A stretch of 63,570 nucleotides of DNA, filler included, from Asterionella formosa (GCA_002256025.1; 11 parts of 11 records of this genome joined end to end with filler, not necessarily neighbours in it), one strand, 5' to 3'; shown: positions 10,511 to 23,830, counted from the whole stretch's first letter. The notes: generated by a model from the letters alone, not told the origin. Program-made: numbers and translations.

Positions 10511-13500
10511 AGTCAGACTTTGGTTGATTTTGTTGCTGTCCTGGGGAACTGTAGCAACTTTGCATGTCAAAAGCGCAATTGAATATCGATACAATTTTAT
10601 AGTTTGCTTCCGTTTTCAGAGTGTCAAGGGTTCAAGCACCAATCATAAGCCCTTGTAGCCCCAGTTGAAAAGCAAAACAACACACGCTCCTATTGCTTTA
10701 CATATATAAAGTAGTATTGATTCGACAGTACCATTGTTAATGATGATATTTAACTATTGGTAGCATCTGCAAATGTTCGTACAAAAATTGCTGGTAGTAC
10801 AATCAATTGATTCTCAGTTGATAAATAGATCCAGAGTAGCTGCCTAGTACAATTAAATTCAGTCACACAAAAGCAGCATATAGTATATCATCAATCACAC
10901 CAGCATCTTTATCTCCCCTTTGTTGGGTTCCTTTAACTCTTTCTTGTTCCATGGTTCCACAATATTTTTTGTTCTTGTTTCAGAGCACAGTGGAAAGACG
11001 ACTGCATGTAAATGCAAATGTTCCAAAAGAGATGGAAACATTGCAGGGAGGTCGAGGCACTTAAAATGGCGTGAAAATTTTGGTTGTTGAATCATCATAC
11101 ATGGGGAATCAGTGGTAGCAACAAGAGAAAAATTCAAGCAATGGTGGGAAACCCACCCCTAATGGAGAGCAAAGATGCGAGGAGGCAAGCAAACTGACTT
11201 CATGATTCCGAAAAATTCCCACACATTGAGCTGCTGAAGTCGCCGAGGCTGCTTGATCAACATCACATGTGCTCATGGCAATAAGCAAGCGGAATTGGTT
11301 TGATTGCTCTTGCAGCCAGACATTTCATCCTCGCACAGCAACAAATATAAACCTTCTTGTGCACTGTTGATTGATGCGTGTTCAGCTCAATGGAGCTGCC
11401 TTCTTGCATTGAAAAATCGCTTGAGTGATGGAAGCGCAGCTGATGACTGAAATCAGAGCATATATAGTTAAAAATCACATTATCATATGCACCATATCAA
11501 AGCACAATCAGCACTCTAGCTGTTCCGCTTGCTTTGACTCAAATGACTCAATAATATTCCCGTTTTTATGGAAATGGCAGATTTCTCAACCCATGAGTCC
11601 TCATTTTGCAATCTCTCCATCGGAAGTACTCCACAATGAGCCCTGTTATCGATGATGAGAAGCGCGCCAATTGGAACTGGTCATGACGACCAACAATTGA
11701 AATTAGCATACCGCTTTTTGAACAACAAGCCATTTTCCGTTTTGGCTTTTTTAGTCGGGTAAAATGTCGAAAAATTCCTCGATACACGGGGTTGGGTAAT
11801 CTACGGTATAAAATGAAAGCAAAACAATTCTCTTGAAAGGGGAATACGTATATTTATGTAGTAGCATTTTTTGCAACTTATTAGGACGAAGTTAGTATTA
11901 TAGACGAAGGAAAAAGGGGATCATGGGCATGAAGCACGCATTGCTTGAAACCGCAGAAAAACAGGAGAGATCGGTATACAGGCAGGCTGAGGGAAAATTG
12001 AGCAACCATGAGCAAGAAAGAAGGTCATGGAAGAGTCGAACTGCCAGAGAACAACCATGCAGAGGGTTCAAGGCAGAAAGCTCACAATTCTGTGAATTAG
12101 CTTTCGACAAAAGCAAATCGTTGATCACCAAGCCTTGCAAAGTTATAGTCTTTAGATAAAAATTCACCCACCCGAACTCCCACCCACAGCTAATGTGCAA
12201 AACTCGACTGCAGCTATGGAAAACCCGGAGGAAAGGAACTACCCAAGCTACTTAGAACCAAATTCAAAAACCAACTACTAGTCTAGATTAGTCGGCGCAA
12301 CAAATCAACCTCAACAAAGCATCAAAAGAGGAATATGGCTGGTTGCATCAAAATAATATTTATAGTAGCCCACGTAGAATTGGTACAAAATATTAACCTT
12401 ACCTTTATAGTAGGAGTTAGGAATATCACGCTAATTTCTTTGCTTTGATCGCCTCACCATGTTGCTCAATGTCGCCGCTGTTTCTTATGCAAAAGTGATT
12501 CTCCGAAGGTTTTTAGACTAGTTTGTCTAGTCAACAGTGGAATGCTTTTGTATTCAAAAAGTAATAGCAATGTCAGTTATGGCCGCCATCAGCGACCCTG
12601 CCATTCATGGTGTTTGGTTGCCGGTCAATCAATTCAGGGAATATCTTCATCAAAAGTACTCTTTTGGCGATAGCATTCAATTTAATACTAGTAGATTGAT
12701 AAGGTATCTCAATAAGGTGTTTACAAATCTAACTTTGGAAGTAAAAGAGGTCGAGATTTCGACAGGCTAGTAGGTGATGGTATTTCGATATGAGTATCAA
12801 ATGAAGGGCAAAAGTAGGCAAATATTCAATTATATTTCAGGAAAGGAAGCATCAGCAGTTCCTAAGCTTCCTACAGATGTAAATTTATCCAAATGGGAAG
12901 ATAAACGTGTTCCATTGAAGGGGCTGCTAAGAAGTGGAATTCAGGGTCATGAGGATGATCAAAAAATTGTGATGCCGGTCACCTGATATCATCTCGTGGT
13001 AGTAGTACTTCACCTCGACTATTAGAGAAAGAAGTTTTTCTATGTACTGGTTTTGTTAAAATTACTATGACTAGTTTAGGTGAAGAATTGAATCCAGGAC
13101 AAAGGAGAAGGACAAGTGAAGAACAAAGAGGAGAAGGAAACAAAGTAATTACTAATTTCATAACAATGCTGTAGCAAGAGGGAATGAAAGCTTCTTGAGA
13201 GGGGACTAAGAATGCTTCATCAGAGCAAGCTACTGTGACTTGGGACTGAGCAATGATATCCAGGAGCTAGAGGACTCATCATTTGAGTCATCATTCCTCC
13301 TGCAACAATCATCCACTCCTCTCAGCAGCAACAACAACAACATCCAGCAACCAAAAACAACATAGTGGGACTCCCCATAAGCCAAGAACCTCTTCAACCC
13401 CCTTCCAAAGAAATCCACCCTTAATGCAATCACAAATAAAATAGAACTCGTCCTCAGGCAAGAAAATAACTCCGGCTCTGGATGCCTCCCATTGATTCAT

Positions 13501-13960
13501 AGTCTCAACCCACTTTACCAAGACAATGACAACACCCATCGTCAACAGTAAAAGAACACACATATCGGTATATGATATAGAACAAAAATTGCGTCAATTT
13601 TGTCTGCACATCACAAAATTTTACTCTTGATTATTAAATGCAAAACAACTCTATACTAAGGCCTACGTATCCTACTATATTGACCTTCAGGTTGCAACCA
13701 GATATACATAAAGGAGCATTTGCAGAAAAGGCAGTCGAATGAGTCGGTAATTGAGTCGAAGAACTTCGGAGCAACACCAACATCGATTTACCTTTTGTGG
13801 CAAAAATAGAAAAACAAAACGTAATATAAGGTTTGAAAAAGAGTGGTGTCGATTCATCGCCGCCTGGTGCTTCCTCTTCTTTCAACTTCCATCGTGAACT
13901 GTTAAAGAGTGCGTATCGGTCCCGTAGCCCTTAACAAAAGCCTACGACTCCGTCGCAGTC

Positions 13961-15067
13961 ATGGCAGAAAGAAACAGCAACGAATTCATACCTTCGTCGT
14001 CGCAGCCTCGTTTTTATCACGCTCTTCATGTCAAATACGTTGCAGGCTTAAGCAAACAACTAAAGTCCTCCTATGAAGGAGCTGTTGTCGATCATTTAAA
14101 GATGAGTGGCGTATATTGGAGTTTGGCAGGGATTTCCTTGTTGTTGAATGCACAGCAAGTCGACGAGGCAATGGGATTGACCACTATCCAAGAAGGCGAG
14201 GACGAATCTATAGTCGACTGGGTCATTTCCTGCCTTGATCCCAAATCTGGTGGTTTTGGAGGACAGCGAGGTCAAGATGGGCATTTGCTCTATACTCTAA
14301 GTGCGATTCAAATACTCGCTATTGCCGATAAATTGCCCCTAATTGACGTAGACCTTGTCGTCGATTTCATTGCAAGTCTCCAGCAACCCGACGGAAGCTT
14401 CGCCGGCGACAAGTGGGGGGAAATCGACACTCGATTCACCTATTGTGCCCTTTCCGCCCTGAGTATATTGAAACGGATAGACGCCATTGACATGAAGCTT
14501 GCCGTGGATTACATATTGCACTGTCGTAATGAGTTGGACGGTGGCTTTGGTGCCGTGGTTGGGGGCGAATCTCATGCGGGCCAAGTTTTTTGTTGCATAG
14601 GCGCACTTAGTATTGCCAAGGCACTGGACCGACTCCCTCAAAACGACATTCTCACATGGTGGTTGGCCGAACGACAGTGCGATAGTGGTGGACTCAATGG
14701 ACGGAGTGAGAAGCAAGCAGATGTGTGCTACAGCTGGTGGATCTTGTCGGCCTTGTCTATCCTTGGTCGGATGGACTGGATTGCGCAAGATAAGCTAGCA
14801 GCCTTTATATTGCAATGCCAAGATCCAGATGATGGAGGGATTGCGGATCGACCGGAGGACATGCCTGATGTCTTTCATACTTTTTTTGGCGTGGCAGGCT
14901 TATCGCTGTTGGCCAAGTTGCCCACTGAATTGCGACAAATCGATCCCATATACGCTCTTCCTGTCGATGTGGTGGAGCGATTGGATCTGCAAGGGCAAGT
15001 AATTAAGAACAAAGGGCAAGTGCATGTAGAAGCGAGGCTTCAGCGATATTCTGTGGTGGAGAAATAA
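13961..15067 (+). CDS. RABGGTB: Rab geranylgeranyltransferase (GGTase-II) beta subunit
   Basis: HLKMSGVYW, HLLYTLSAIQIL, GDKWGEIDTRFTYCA, ESHAGQVFCC, GGLNGRSEKQADVCYSWW and DVFHTFFGVAGLSL; prenyltransferase repeats with the Zn ligands D, C and H. Confidence 0.96.
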   Translation: MAERNSNEFIPSSSQPRFYHALHVKYVAGLSKQLKSSYEGAVVDHLKMSGVYWSLAGISLLLNAQQVDEAMGLTTIQEGEDESIVDWVISCLDPKSGGFGGQRGQDGHLLYTLSAIQILAIADKLPLIDVDLVVDFIASLQQPDGSFAGDKWGEIDTRFTYCALSALSILKRIDAIDMKLAVDYILHCRNELDGGFGAVVGGESHAGQVFCCIGALSIAKALDRLPQNDILTWWLAERQCDSGGLNGRSEKQADVCYSWWILSALSILGRMDWIAQDKLAAFILQCQDPDDGGIADRPEDMPDVFHTFFGVAGLSLLAKLPTELRQIDPIYALPVDVVERLDLQGQVIKNKGQVHVEARLQRYSVVEK

Positions 15068-15238
15068 AGAATTATTATGCATGTCGTTAAGGGTCTCATG
15101 TCAAGCCAAGCGCACACCAACCCAATACAATGGTAGGCACAACAGCAGATGTTTGTAGAATATCCTATAGTATTCGCTTGTACTTGACAAAAATTCAAAA
15201 GAGCTCTATCATAAGAAACGTTCATGGATATAGGATTT

Positions 15239-17590
15239 TTACAGAACACCTGCACTTTGTACCATATCCACAATAGCAGGTGTTTCGGCAAGCAGATTAC
15301 CAACAAACCCACCACTCAAGATGGCGGTTTGCGCCAGATAAGTGGCGATTCCTGCAAAATAACCAATCGTAGCCCCAATGGACACTCTTTTGGCATACCA
15401 TAAAAAATCAACCTTTTCTAGTCCCATCAAGGCTACTCCTGAGGCTGAGCCAATCACCAAGATTGATCCCCCAGTGCCAGCACAAAGTGCAATTAACTGC
15501 CAGAGTCTGTCATCAGTGCCAAACTCGGAGAGGTCATACATTCCCATGGTCGCAGCGACGAGGGGGACATTGTCGATCAAGGCAGATGCTAGTCCGATGA
15601 CGGTTGCAATAATGTCCAGGCTAGGCAAATTGTTACTCAAAAAGACGGCAAGTTCTTTCAACAAGCCGGACTTGTCTAACACACCTATTGACATCAAGAT
15701 TCCCAAGAAAAAGAGGATACCGGCTGTGTCCAATTTGGAAAGGGCGTCAGGAACACGAAGCCCTTCATTTTCCTCTTCGCCCATGTGAATAATGTCAGTC
15801 AAAGTCCACATAGCACCCAAGCCTGTCAACATGGCCAGATACGGAGGAAGACCAGTCAATTCGGCAAAAACAGGTACTGCCAACAAGGAAACAATTCCAC
15901 TCCAAAATACAAGATTACCACGGGTTGAAAGTTCCGTGGGTTCCGGCAGGTTCGATTCTGCCAAAGAAGTGTCCTCCTCGACTTGGCCGACTAGGAATGC
16001 CAACGATGCCACGAGACACACGAATGATGGCAGGAAAAGTTCCGTTACAGTAGGAATTGTCGAGAGCTGGTTGTTAATCCAAAGCATGGTCGTGGTAACA
16101 TCACCAATCGGCGTCCAAACCCCACCTGCGTTGGCCGCGACAACCACCATGGCGCCAAAAAGTTTCCTGTCTTCTTCTTGCGGAACTAGTTTGCGCAATA
16201 GCGAGCACATGACAATGGTGACAGTCAAATTGTTCAAAATGGCAGACAAGAAAAAGGTTAGGAAGCCAATAGTCCAAAATAGCCCTTTCTTACTCTTTGT
16301 CGTAATTTGATTTGTAACAACCTTGAACCCCTGATGGGCATCCACTACTTCAACCACCGTCGAGGCTGCTAACAAGAAGAAGCAAATATCCGAGACCTCA
16401 GCCAATTGTTCTCCTAACTGCTCCACCACACTGGCAGTTGCAACTCCACCGGGATTGTTGTAAAAATCCGCATATGTCACCCACATGCCCGTACTCATCA
16501 AAAGTGCAATCGCAGCCTTATTGAATTCAAACACTCCTTCGAATATGATTCCTATGTATCCCAAGATGAAAATGGCGATCATTGCAACATCGGCATGCTC
16601 GTGCAACCATTGAGATTGTGAAACAAAGAGCGCAAGAGACGATGCACCTAATATTGCAGTTCCAGTGCGAATCAGATCCTTCTTGGCAGTCTCAGGGTTC
16701 ATGGCAAGTTCATTGGCCGTGGACTTGATTTCTTCCCTCATCTGATCAATCGGTGAGTTAATCCCTGGATACTTTTTTGCTAGGGAGCGCAACGAAAGTC
16801 GCTCGTCTTTTTGAACTACGCTCATGACATCTTGCATATTGATGACTCCTGCAACTTTTGAGTTTTGAAGGAGACGTTGGTCCTCTGCGACTACGTTTGC
16901 AATGACCAAGTGACGAACACCCTTCTTCTTCATAGCGGCGATAGCTTGGCTGGCAGTGTCCTCTACAGAGAGGGATATAATGTTTTCTTTGAGAGTAACA
17001 AATTTTTTGACAGGGGAGGATAGAAACGACGCTGATTCCTGCTCTGTTTTTGATTCCTTGGCGCGTTTCGTTGAGAACTGTGTGATTTAGGAAATGATCG
17101 GCAATGAATATGAGGTGTTAAGTGAAGACATCTTATTTGAACACCAAACGGCATTACTCACTCGAATGTAATCAGATTCGGTGAAAATCCCAAGTAAATC
17201 GTCCTTGTCAAATACCAACGCCACATCGACTAGACCTTCGGTAATGGCCGCCATGACTTCCACCACACTTTCGTCGGCAGTCGCTTTGTAGAATCCTCCC
17301 GCTCGCTTGCCCATAGTCAGAATACGAGACATTGGAGTGGAGAAACCGAAACCTTCTGGCGTCAAAGAGCACTCGTCCGACAACGGCTCATAGTCATAGA
17401 CGTCATTATCTGCCCCATCGTTGACAAACCCTCCCATCATTCTTCTGGACATGGACGAATGAATCGAAGGTGTCTCGATGGCAAAGGGTGACTGTCTCCA
17501 TAGAGCACGTGATATACTGGTAAAGCCTGATACTGCGGGAGATAGCAGCAATGATAGAGCCACGGCACTGCCGTTGGATATGATCGTCAT
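15239..17590 (-). CDS. NhaD-family Na+/H+ antiporter with N-terminal CBS-domain pair and probable plastid bipartite presequence; exons 17590-17162 and 17077-15239
   Basis: An 84-bp GTGAGT..CACAG intron (17078-17161) joins ..GIFTESDYIR to FSTKRAK..AAMKKKGVRHLVI in frame. NhaD motifs VEVVDAHQGF, LSAILNNLT, ANAGGVWTPIGDVTTTMLW, IDNVPLVAA and GTGGSILVIGSASGV. The signal peptide ends AVSG-FTS. Confidence 0.88.
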
Positions 17591-18281
17591 GTTGAAACAC
17601 AATTGGCAATATGATCATGTGGCCAGGCGGAGGAGGATTGGATTTGTTTGCGGTGAGTGAGCAATGGCGCTGTCACACATACGAACTGGTACTGATACCT
17701 GTTCCTGGTACGCGGAACGAGACGAGAAATTTAGAGATCCTACCGTATGTATGTATACAATGCACTATGAATTTACACCGATATTCGTGTATGAATATAC
17801 TATGTACTATGCTAACTGTTTACGGCCGGACTGTATCAGCAACGGGCATATTCGAGAAAAAGGAACAACAGCCAAGGGCAGGCAGAAGGACGATAGTATG
17901 GTGGTACCAGGAAGGAGGTACCAGGTAACCCTGGTACTCCTAGCAGGTAACGGTATCTTAGTCAACACCCCCCTCCCCGGGTACCGGTATATAAATAATC
18001 ACACATCCTGCCAGATATGGTTGTTTTCTGGGAGGAACTAAACGACGCGTACGTGTACATCATACGTATTTCATTCTAGTTTGAGAAAAGTCGACGAAAT
18101 TGTGGTTGGATGTTTACGTCGATGATGTGATCCTTGGGATGATCCTCATCGATCTGGTCGAATATCATTTGGACACCATACAAACTATTGCCAACCGGTA
18201 TATGCATATTGTGGATGCAAATCATCGCATCTCATTGTTCAAGCAGCGACGTGACCCATTCTATTCCCAAGTTTCGAGAAA

Positions 18282-19771
18282 ATGAAGTTTACTGCAGCAA
18301 TCTTGCTAGTGCTGGGAGGATCACTTTCTTCCTCCGCTTTTTCGATTCCGCCAACCACATCGTCGACTGGTAGAGCATTGGCCACTCAAATCCATGCCGA
18401 AGCCCAGACGCGTGTCGTGGTCACTGGCCTTGGGGTCATATCGGGCTGTGGTATCGGCCATGAACAGTTCTTTCAAGCATGTCTCGACGGAAAGAGCTCC
18501 CTGGCTAAAGTACAACGTTTTGATGCACAGCACTATCCCTGTCAGATTGCCAGTGAAGTGCCCGACTCTATGTTCAACCCAGAAGACCACTTCACAAACC
18601 CGAAGAATGTTAGATCCAATGATAGATTTACGCACTTTGCCGTGGCAGCGGCAAGACAGGCATTGAAAGATGCCGGTTTGGGAGACACACCCGAGACCTT
18701 GACTGAACCGTCGAGAATCGGTGTCATGGTGGGAACAGCATTTGGAGGCGTTGAAACATTTGAAAAAGAAACTCTCAAGTTGGCTGCCAAACCAGAGCGA
18801 CCAAAGGTGCGTACACTGAAGCCAAGTAATTTGTTGCATGGCGATAGTACTTCCTGTCTAACAACGAGTTGTGGCAAACAATTGCCTATGCTGCGCAGGT
18901 ATCACCCTTTACCATCCCCGCACTTCTCGGCAACACAGCTTCCGGTGTTATTGGAATTGAATGCGGTTGCCAAGGACCCAACTACGGTGTCACATCCGCG
19001 TGTGCAAGTGGATCGCACGCAATTGGGGAGGCTATGGGCATGATTGTTGATGGCCACGCCGATCAAATGTTGGCAGGTGGAACCGAAGCTACCATAACGC
19101 CATTGATATTTGCTGGATTTTGTGCGATGAAGGCCATGGCCACTGAATTTAACGAAGATCCCACGAATGGTTCGAGGCCCTTTGATGCTGACCGTGGTGG
19201 TTTTGTCATGGGCGAAGGTGCCGGTGTCGTGCTTTTGGAGTCTTTGGAATCGGCGAAGAAGCGAGGGGCCAAGATCTACTGCGAGCTTGTCGGATACGGA
19301 GCCACATGTGATGCTCATCATATTACTACGCCAGCTCCTGAAGGTCGAGGATTGGCAGCTGCTATGGAAATGGCCGTCTCTATGAGTGGGATGGCGAAGA
19401 ACAACATTAACTATGTCAATGCGCATGGAACGTCAACAGCGTACAACGACAAGTTTGAGACCATGGCTTTCAAGACTGTATTTGGTGACCATGCCACTGC
19501 CAAGGATGGAACCTTTGTTGTATCCTCAACAAAGAGTGTTACGGGACACACATTGGGGGCGGCAGGAGGATTGGAAGCTGTTGTGGTTGCCAAAAGTATT
19601 TACCACAACACCGTTCCTCCTACCATTAACTATGTCACGCCTGATCCTGACTGTGATTTGGACTATGTGCCCAATTTAAAGCGCGACATGGTCGTCAATG
19701 GTGGCATGAGCACAAATTTGGGATTTGGTGGACACAATGCAGCTCTTTTGTTCAAGAAGTTTGAAGAGTAA
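18282..19771 (+). CDS. fabF: Plastid beta-ketoacyl-ACP synthase II (KAS II); exons 18282-18806 and 18899-19771
   Basis: Signal peptide with SSAF motif; RVVVTGLG; catalytic Cys-His-His motifs TSACASG, NAHGTST and KSVTGHTLGAAG; C-terminal NLGFGGHNA. The GT..AG intron 18807-18898 restores the frame (ERPK|VSPF). Confidence 0.95.
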
Positions 19772-20804
19772 ACAAAGGAAAATAGAGTGGTAATACATAA
19801 TATCGTGATAATTACATAAGCTACTAAGTCACATTGAGTATAATATAAATTATAAAGAACTTCAGTTGATTCCTCACATTTTTGTCTATCCAATTTTATT
19901 CGATGATAAACGAGCTCATCTTGCTTCTGAATCAATATTTCCAAGGGAATTTCAATATAGTTTACATATTCCACAATTACCAGGTAGCATAGAGTTTTGT
20001 GGTATCTGCCTCTTGCCTTAGGGGTTTCCACAGTTAGTCCTTCCCTGCACCCTGATATAGAAAACAACAAATTATTAGAGAATATCAATCCATCATCAGT
20101 AATAATAGCATAGAATTGTTTGTGATGGGCATCAATCAAAGAAATGATTTAATATTTCCTACACATAGCATGGAGTAGAGTCTATTTTTCCAGTTTTAAT
20201 ATGATGATTCTGATGCTCATTCTACATAAATAGAAGTATTTATTTATATACTTTTTGTGTCATACTGATGGCTGTAGTGTTTTGATTGTATTTTAAGGTT
20301 CTAAAGGTAGAGTTGAAAAGCTTTTACTCAGTGAGTATTATAAGGATGGAGTGCACTTGTGTGTTTTCTAAAAAAAATGAGCTTAAACTAAATGTTATTT
20401 TGTGTTTACTGGGAGCGCTGCTTATTCTGGAGATTTGGCTATTTCAAGTGGTGCCGGAGGTTATTCTGTTGTTGTTACAACAGAATAATACTGCCATGGT
20501 CTGTGAAACAAAGAGCATTCAGTGCACCATAGAAGTACCATCAGCCTTTCCATTCAACTCTGCAATGCTCGTTCAACCCCTTTCTACCTACAGGAATGAC
20601 TGTGTCGAAATTTTGTCAATTGTTGTGCCATATACAATCGGAGAATTGTGGCAATGTATGCCTGTAGTTGTTGTGGCCCTGTTGTTTGGCACAAATGTGT
20701 TGACCTTCACTCGTGAGACACTGAACTGTGGGCTAACCATCAAATTTCTGGTATCCATTTGAAGTAAACGAGAACAAATTTCTTGCAAAGAACAGCCTAC
20801 ATGT

Positions 20805-22424
20805 TTAAATGGGATTTTCTGCGCATTTCACTGTGTCTCCTGTCAGTTCAACGACGGCTTCATTCCTCTTACTCTCGACTTCCTCCCACCATGCCGCCAC
20901 CCACACAAAGGCGCCAAAATTGCACATCATCAAGAACGCGCAAACATGCATTACTGTTGCTCGATTGATGGTTTGGAAAATACTCGAGTAAAGGACACCA
21001 CCAAGGAAGTCTCCCACTGCAGTCGTAAGCAAATATATAGCCATTAGAAACGCCTTCATACTGTCGGGCGATGAAGCATATGCAAATTCCAAGCCAGTCA
21101 CAGAGATAAAGATCTCTGCAATCGCAAGTAGGGTGATTTGAGGAAGCTGCCAGAAGACAGATATCTGAGGAAGGTCATTTTCTTCGTGATTTTGAATTGT
21201 CGATTCGATAAGACCACTGAAAGCAAAGCTAATTGACGTCAACACCATGCCAATCATCATACGCCGAATGTGAGAGAGTCTTACACCTCTATGCTCGAGA
21301 GTGGGGTATATGACTCTATCAAATAATGGAATGAACAGCATGATTTGAACAGGATTTATGACATTCAATTGTTCTGGTTGAAGACCATGCAGTGCCATCC
21401 GCGTTGCCTGTAGAGTCCATACAGACCCTTGCTGATCGTACAGCATCCAGAAAATGCAAGAGAATGACATTATTGGTAAGACGTGAAGCGCTTGTTTTGC
21501 GTCTGCCAATCGTTGATTCTCTGCGGGAGATACTTCTGCATCGCTGCCTTCGAAATTAGGAATTGGAGCCCGCTTCGGGCGAATGCAAGGAATCATTCTA
21601 CCAATCCATGGGTTGTTCGCAAGACTTTTTCGAGTAAGCCACCAACAAATCGCAAACGTTGCTGATAGCGAGTTTTCTCCTGGTTTTTGATGAACATATT
21701 CCTTGGTCTTGCTTAGGAATGCTAGCAACGATAAGCAAATGAAGGTTGTCGGCACGAGAAATGCAGCTCCAAAGCCAAAGTTGGACCGAACAATCGGAAT
21801 GATAGCGATCGAGGTAACAGCTCCAAGATTGATGCAAAAATAAAACGATGCGAAGAATGCTCTAACTCTCTCCGAATCTTGGTGAAATGACTTGGTCATT
21901 TCTTGACGGAGAACATCGTCATGGCCGCCGATTGTTGCGACAGAGTGCTTCATTAGTTCCACTGATTCCTGCAGTCTTAGCACCTTTTCAGAGGCTATCT
22001 TGTCCATGTGAGCGACTTGGTCTGCACCGAAGGCAGACACACAAGGCTTTATTCCTCCGGTGCCGGCACATACTAGAAAGAGACCAGTGAAACTCATCAT
22101 TCGCTGTAAATGTATATCAGCCTCGACAAGGGCAGATATGGTCAGAATGATCAGTCCAATAGCATATACAACGCCGAACCATAAAATAGTTGTGTACCTC
22201 CCTAGCGCTCCATCGGCTAGCATTGCTCCTGGCAGTGGAGCCAAGTACGCTAGCGACGCCATGTAAGCAAACAACGCGATTGCTGTTTCTTCCGAATACT
22301 TCAGTTCACTGGTGAAATAAAGCACCAAGATCGCACGGAAGCCAAAATAAGCGAATCTCTCTGCTGTTTCAGTGATCAGAATGCACCAAACTACAGGAGT
22401 CATGAAGGAAGGCGCTTCTGCCAT
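20805..22424 (-). CDS. POT/PTR (NPF) family proton-dependent oligopeptide/nitrate transporter
   Basis: ETAERFAYFG (ExxER) motif, GTGGIKPCVSAFGADQ, FYFCINLGA, LYDQQGSVWTLQA and GLEFAYASSP; about 12 TM helices. Confidence 0.94.
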   Translation of the reverse strand: MAEAPSFMTPVVWCILITETAERFAYFGFRAILVLYFTSELKYSEETAIALFAYMASLAYLAPLPGAMLADGALGRYTTILWFGVVYAIGLIILTISALVEADIHLQRMMSFTGLFLVCAGTGGIKPCVSAFGADQVAHMDKIASEKVLRLQESVELMKHSVATIGGHDDVLRQEMTKSFHQDSERVRAFFASFYFCINLGAVTSIAIIPIVRSNFGFGAAFLVPTTFICLSLLAFLSKTKEYVHQKPGENSLSATFAICWWLTRKSLANNPWIGRMIPCIRPKRAPIPNFEGSDAEVSPAENQRLADAKQALHVLPIMSFSCIFWMLYDQQGSVWTLQATRMALHGLQPEQLNVINPVQIMLFIPLFDRVIYPTLEHRGVRLSHIRRMMIGMVLTSISFAFSGLIESTIQNHEENDLPQISVFWQLPQITLLAIAEIFISVTGLEFAYASSPDSMKAFLMAIYLLTTAVGDFLGGVLYSSIFQTINRATVMHVCAFLMMCNFGAFVWVAAWWEEVESKRNEAVVELTGDTVKCAENPI

Positions 22425-22906
22425 GATACATATCGGCTTCCTAACCTAAATGTCTGATATCCTACCCAGTGGTAGACTACAGGTAGTTTGTTGCCACACA
22501 GCATCATCATGTAAAGAAGCACACCCAGCTATATCAAAGGAATTTGTTGTTTTGCTTAATTAATAGGTCATGGCTTACCGTGCTGGAAAATAACTCGTGA
22601 CTTGAAATTTTTTCCCGAAAACCATTCTTGGCTGTTCCTTGCTGCATCGGAAACTTGAGTTTTCCGGGTTTTGATTTCCCAAAACTCAACTTTTTTCAGT
22701 CACGTCGGGAAACTCGTCAATTTTCCCGACACAGACCAATTTTGTCGGAAACTTTAGTCATGTTCGGGAAATTGATTTCACACCCAAAGCACTAGCTAGA
22801 TAGAATAACATTAGCTAATAATAGAAGAATTTGACTAGACCAACTATTCATTCATATGTAAAAACCAGTATATGATTGCAATCAACAATCGCTCACTCAT
22901 CCACCA

Positions 22907-23830
22907 TGGCCTCCTTGTCCTCCTTGCTGTCCTCCCAGAGGGATTCTACTGATGATCCTTGGCAAGATATTGGCTGTCTACGATGTCGTAATCAATGAGG
23001 TGTTGGACTTGATTGCTGAGGATACTAGCTCAGAAGATGAAGAAAAGACATTGGGGCTGACTGATGTTCCAAAGAAGAGGGCAAGTCGTCAGTTTGTTCC
23101 TGAATCATTGAAGAGGTCATATTTCTCCTCTCAATGCATTTTCAAGGTTGACAAATGCATCGACAGGACATCTACGGTTAGCATATGGAACCCACTTTCA
23201 AGTCTAGGTGCAGTTTTCAGGAACAGATTTCGGGCCCCCTATGAAGTCTTCGATTGCCTCTGCAAGGAATATTCAAGTGAAGCTGATACCAGGCTTAAGA
23301 GTGACAATAAGGGACAAGAGTCGTATGATTGCCGCATCCTTGTCTTACTAGCTACTAAAATCATGCAATGAGTTCTGGCTCGGGATTTACCTTTCGATTC
23401 ACTTGAGTCATGATCCTCAAGAATCCAATGCAGCTACACAACAGTAAGCAAATTAGGAATTTTGTTATTACTTGCTGCTATATTCACAATATTTTGTTTT
23501 TATATGCTGATGGGTAGTGTGATGAACGGAAACAATTGATTGGCGATGACATTGAAAATGCAGTTGATGGAGTGAATGATGAAGATGGTCTCCCAAGAGG
23601 AACTAATGAGGGTTGATCTGATGGATACACAAGCCATGAGCATCGCATGGTTCAAGCTTTAGAAAACAATAATAAAGAGTTTGCTGTTGGCAATGATTGT
23701 GGTGTTGATAATGTGGAGGACACTATTGATACTCCAATTTAAAGTGAAAAGCAAGCATATATAAATATGAGAGTTAATTTTGTTCATCACTACAGACAGG
23801 CCATCGAAAGAAATGAAATTGTCTGGAATT
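22907..23830 (+). mobile_element. Degenerate PIF/Harbinger-like transposase relic
   Basis: FRNRFRAPYEVF..ILVLL..VLARDLPFDSLE followed by TCCYIHNIL..ADG resembles Harbinger-type transposases. Stops, frameshifts and loss of the DDE core; repeated TTTCCCGA/TCGGGAAA motifs upstream. Confidence 0.6.

Noticed and set aside
10890..13600. Protein-like fragments such as MAAISDPAIHGVWLP.. (12570-12986) and minus-strand pieces at 10895-11787
   Set aside because: Probably decayed transposon ORFs, but I could not identify any diagnostic motif.
18282..19771. FabF as part of a polyketide or secondary-metabolite cluster
   Set aside because: It is an ordinary plastid KAS II with no neighbouring biosynthetic genes.
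20286..20762. 158-aa hydrophobic ORF between fabF and the POT gene
   Set aside because: Non-ATG start, AT-rich intergenic composition and no motifs.
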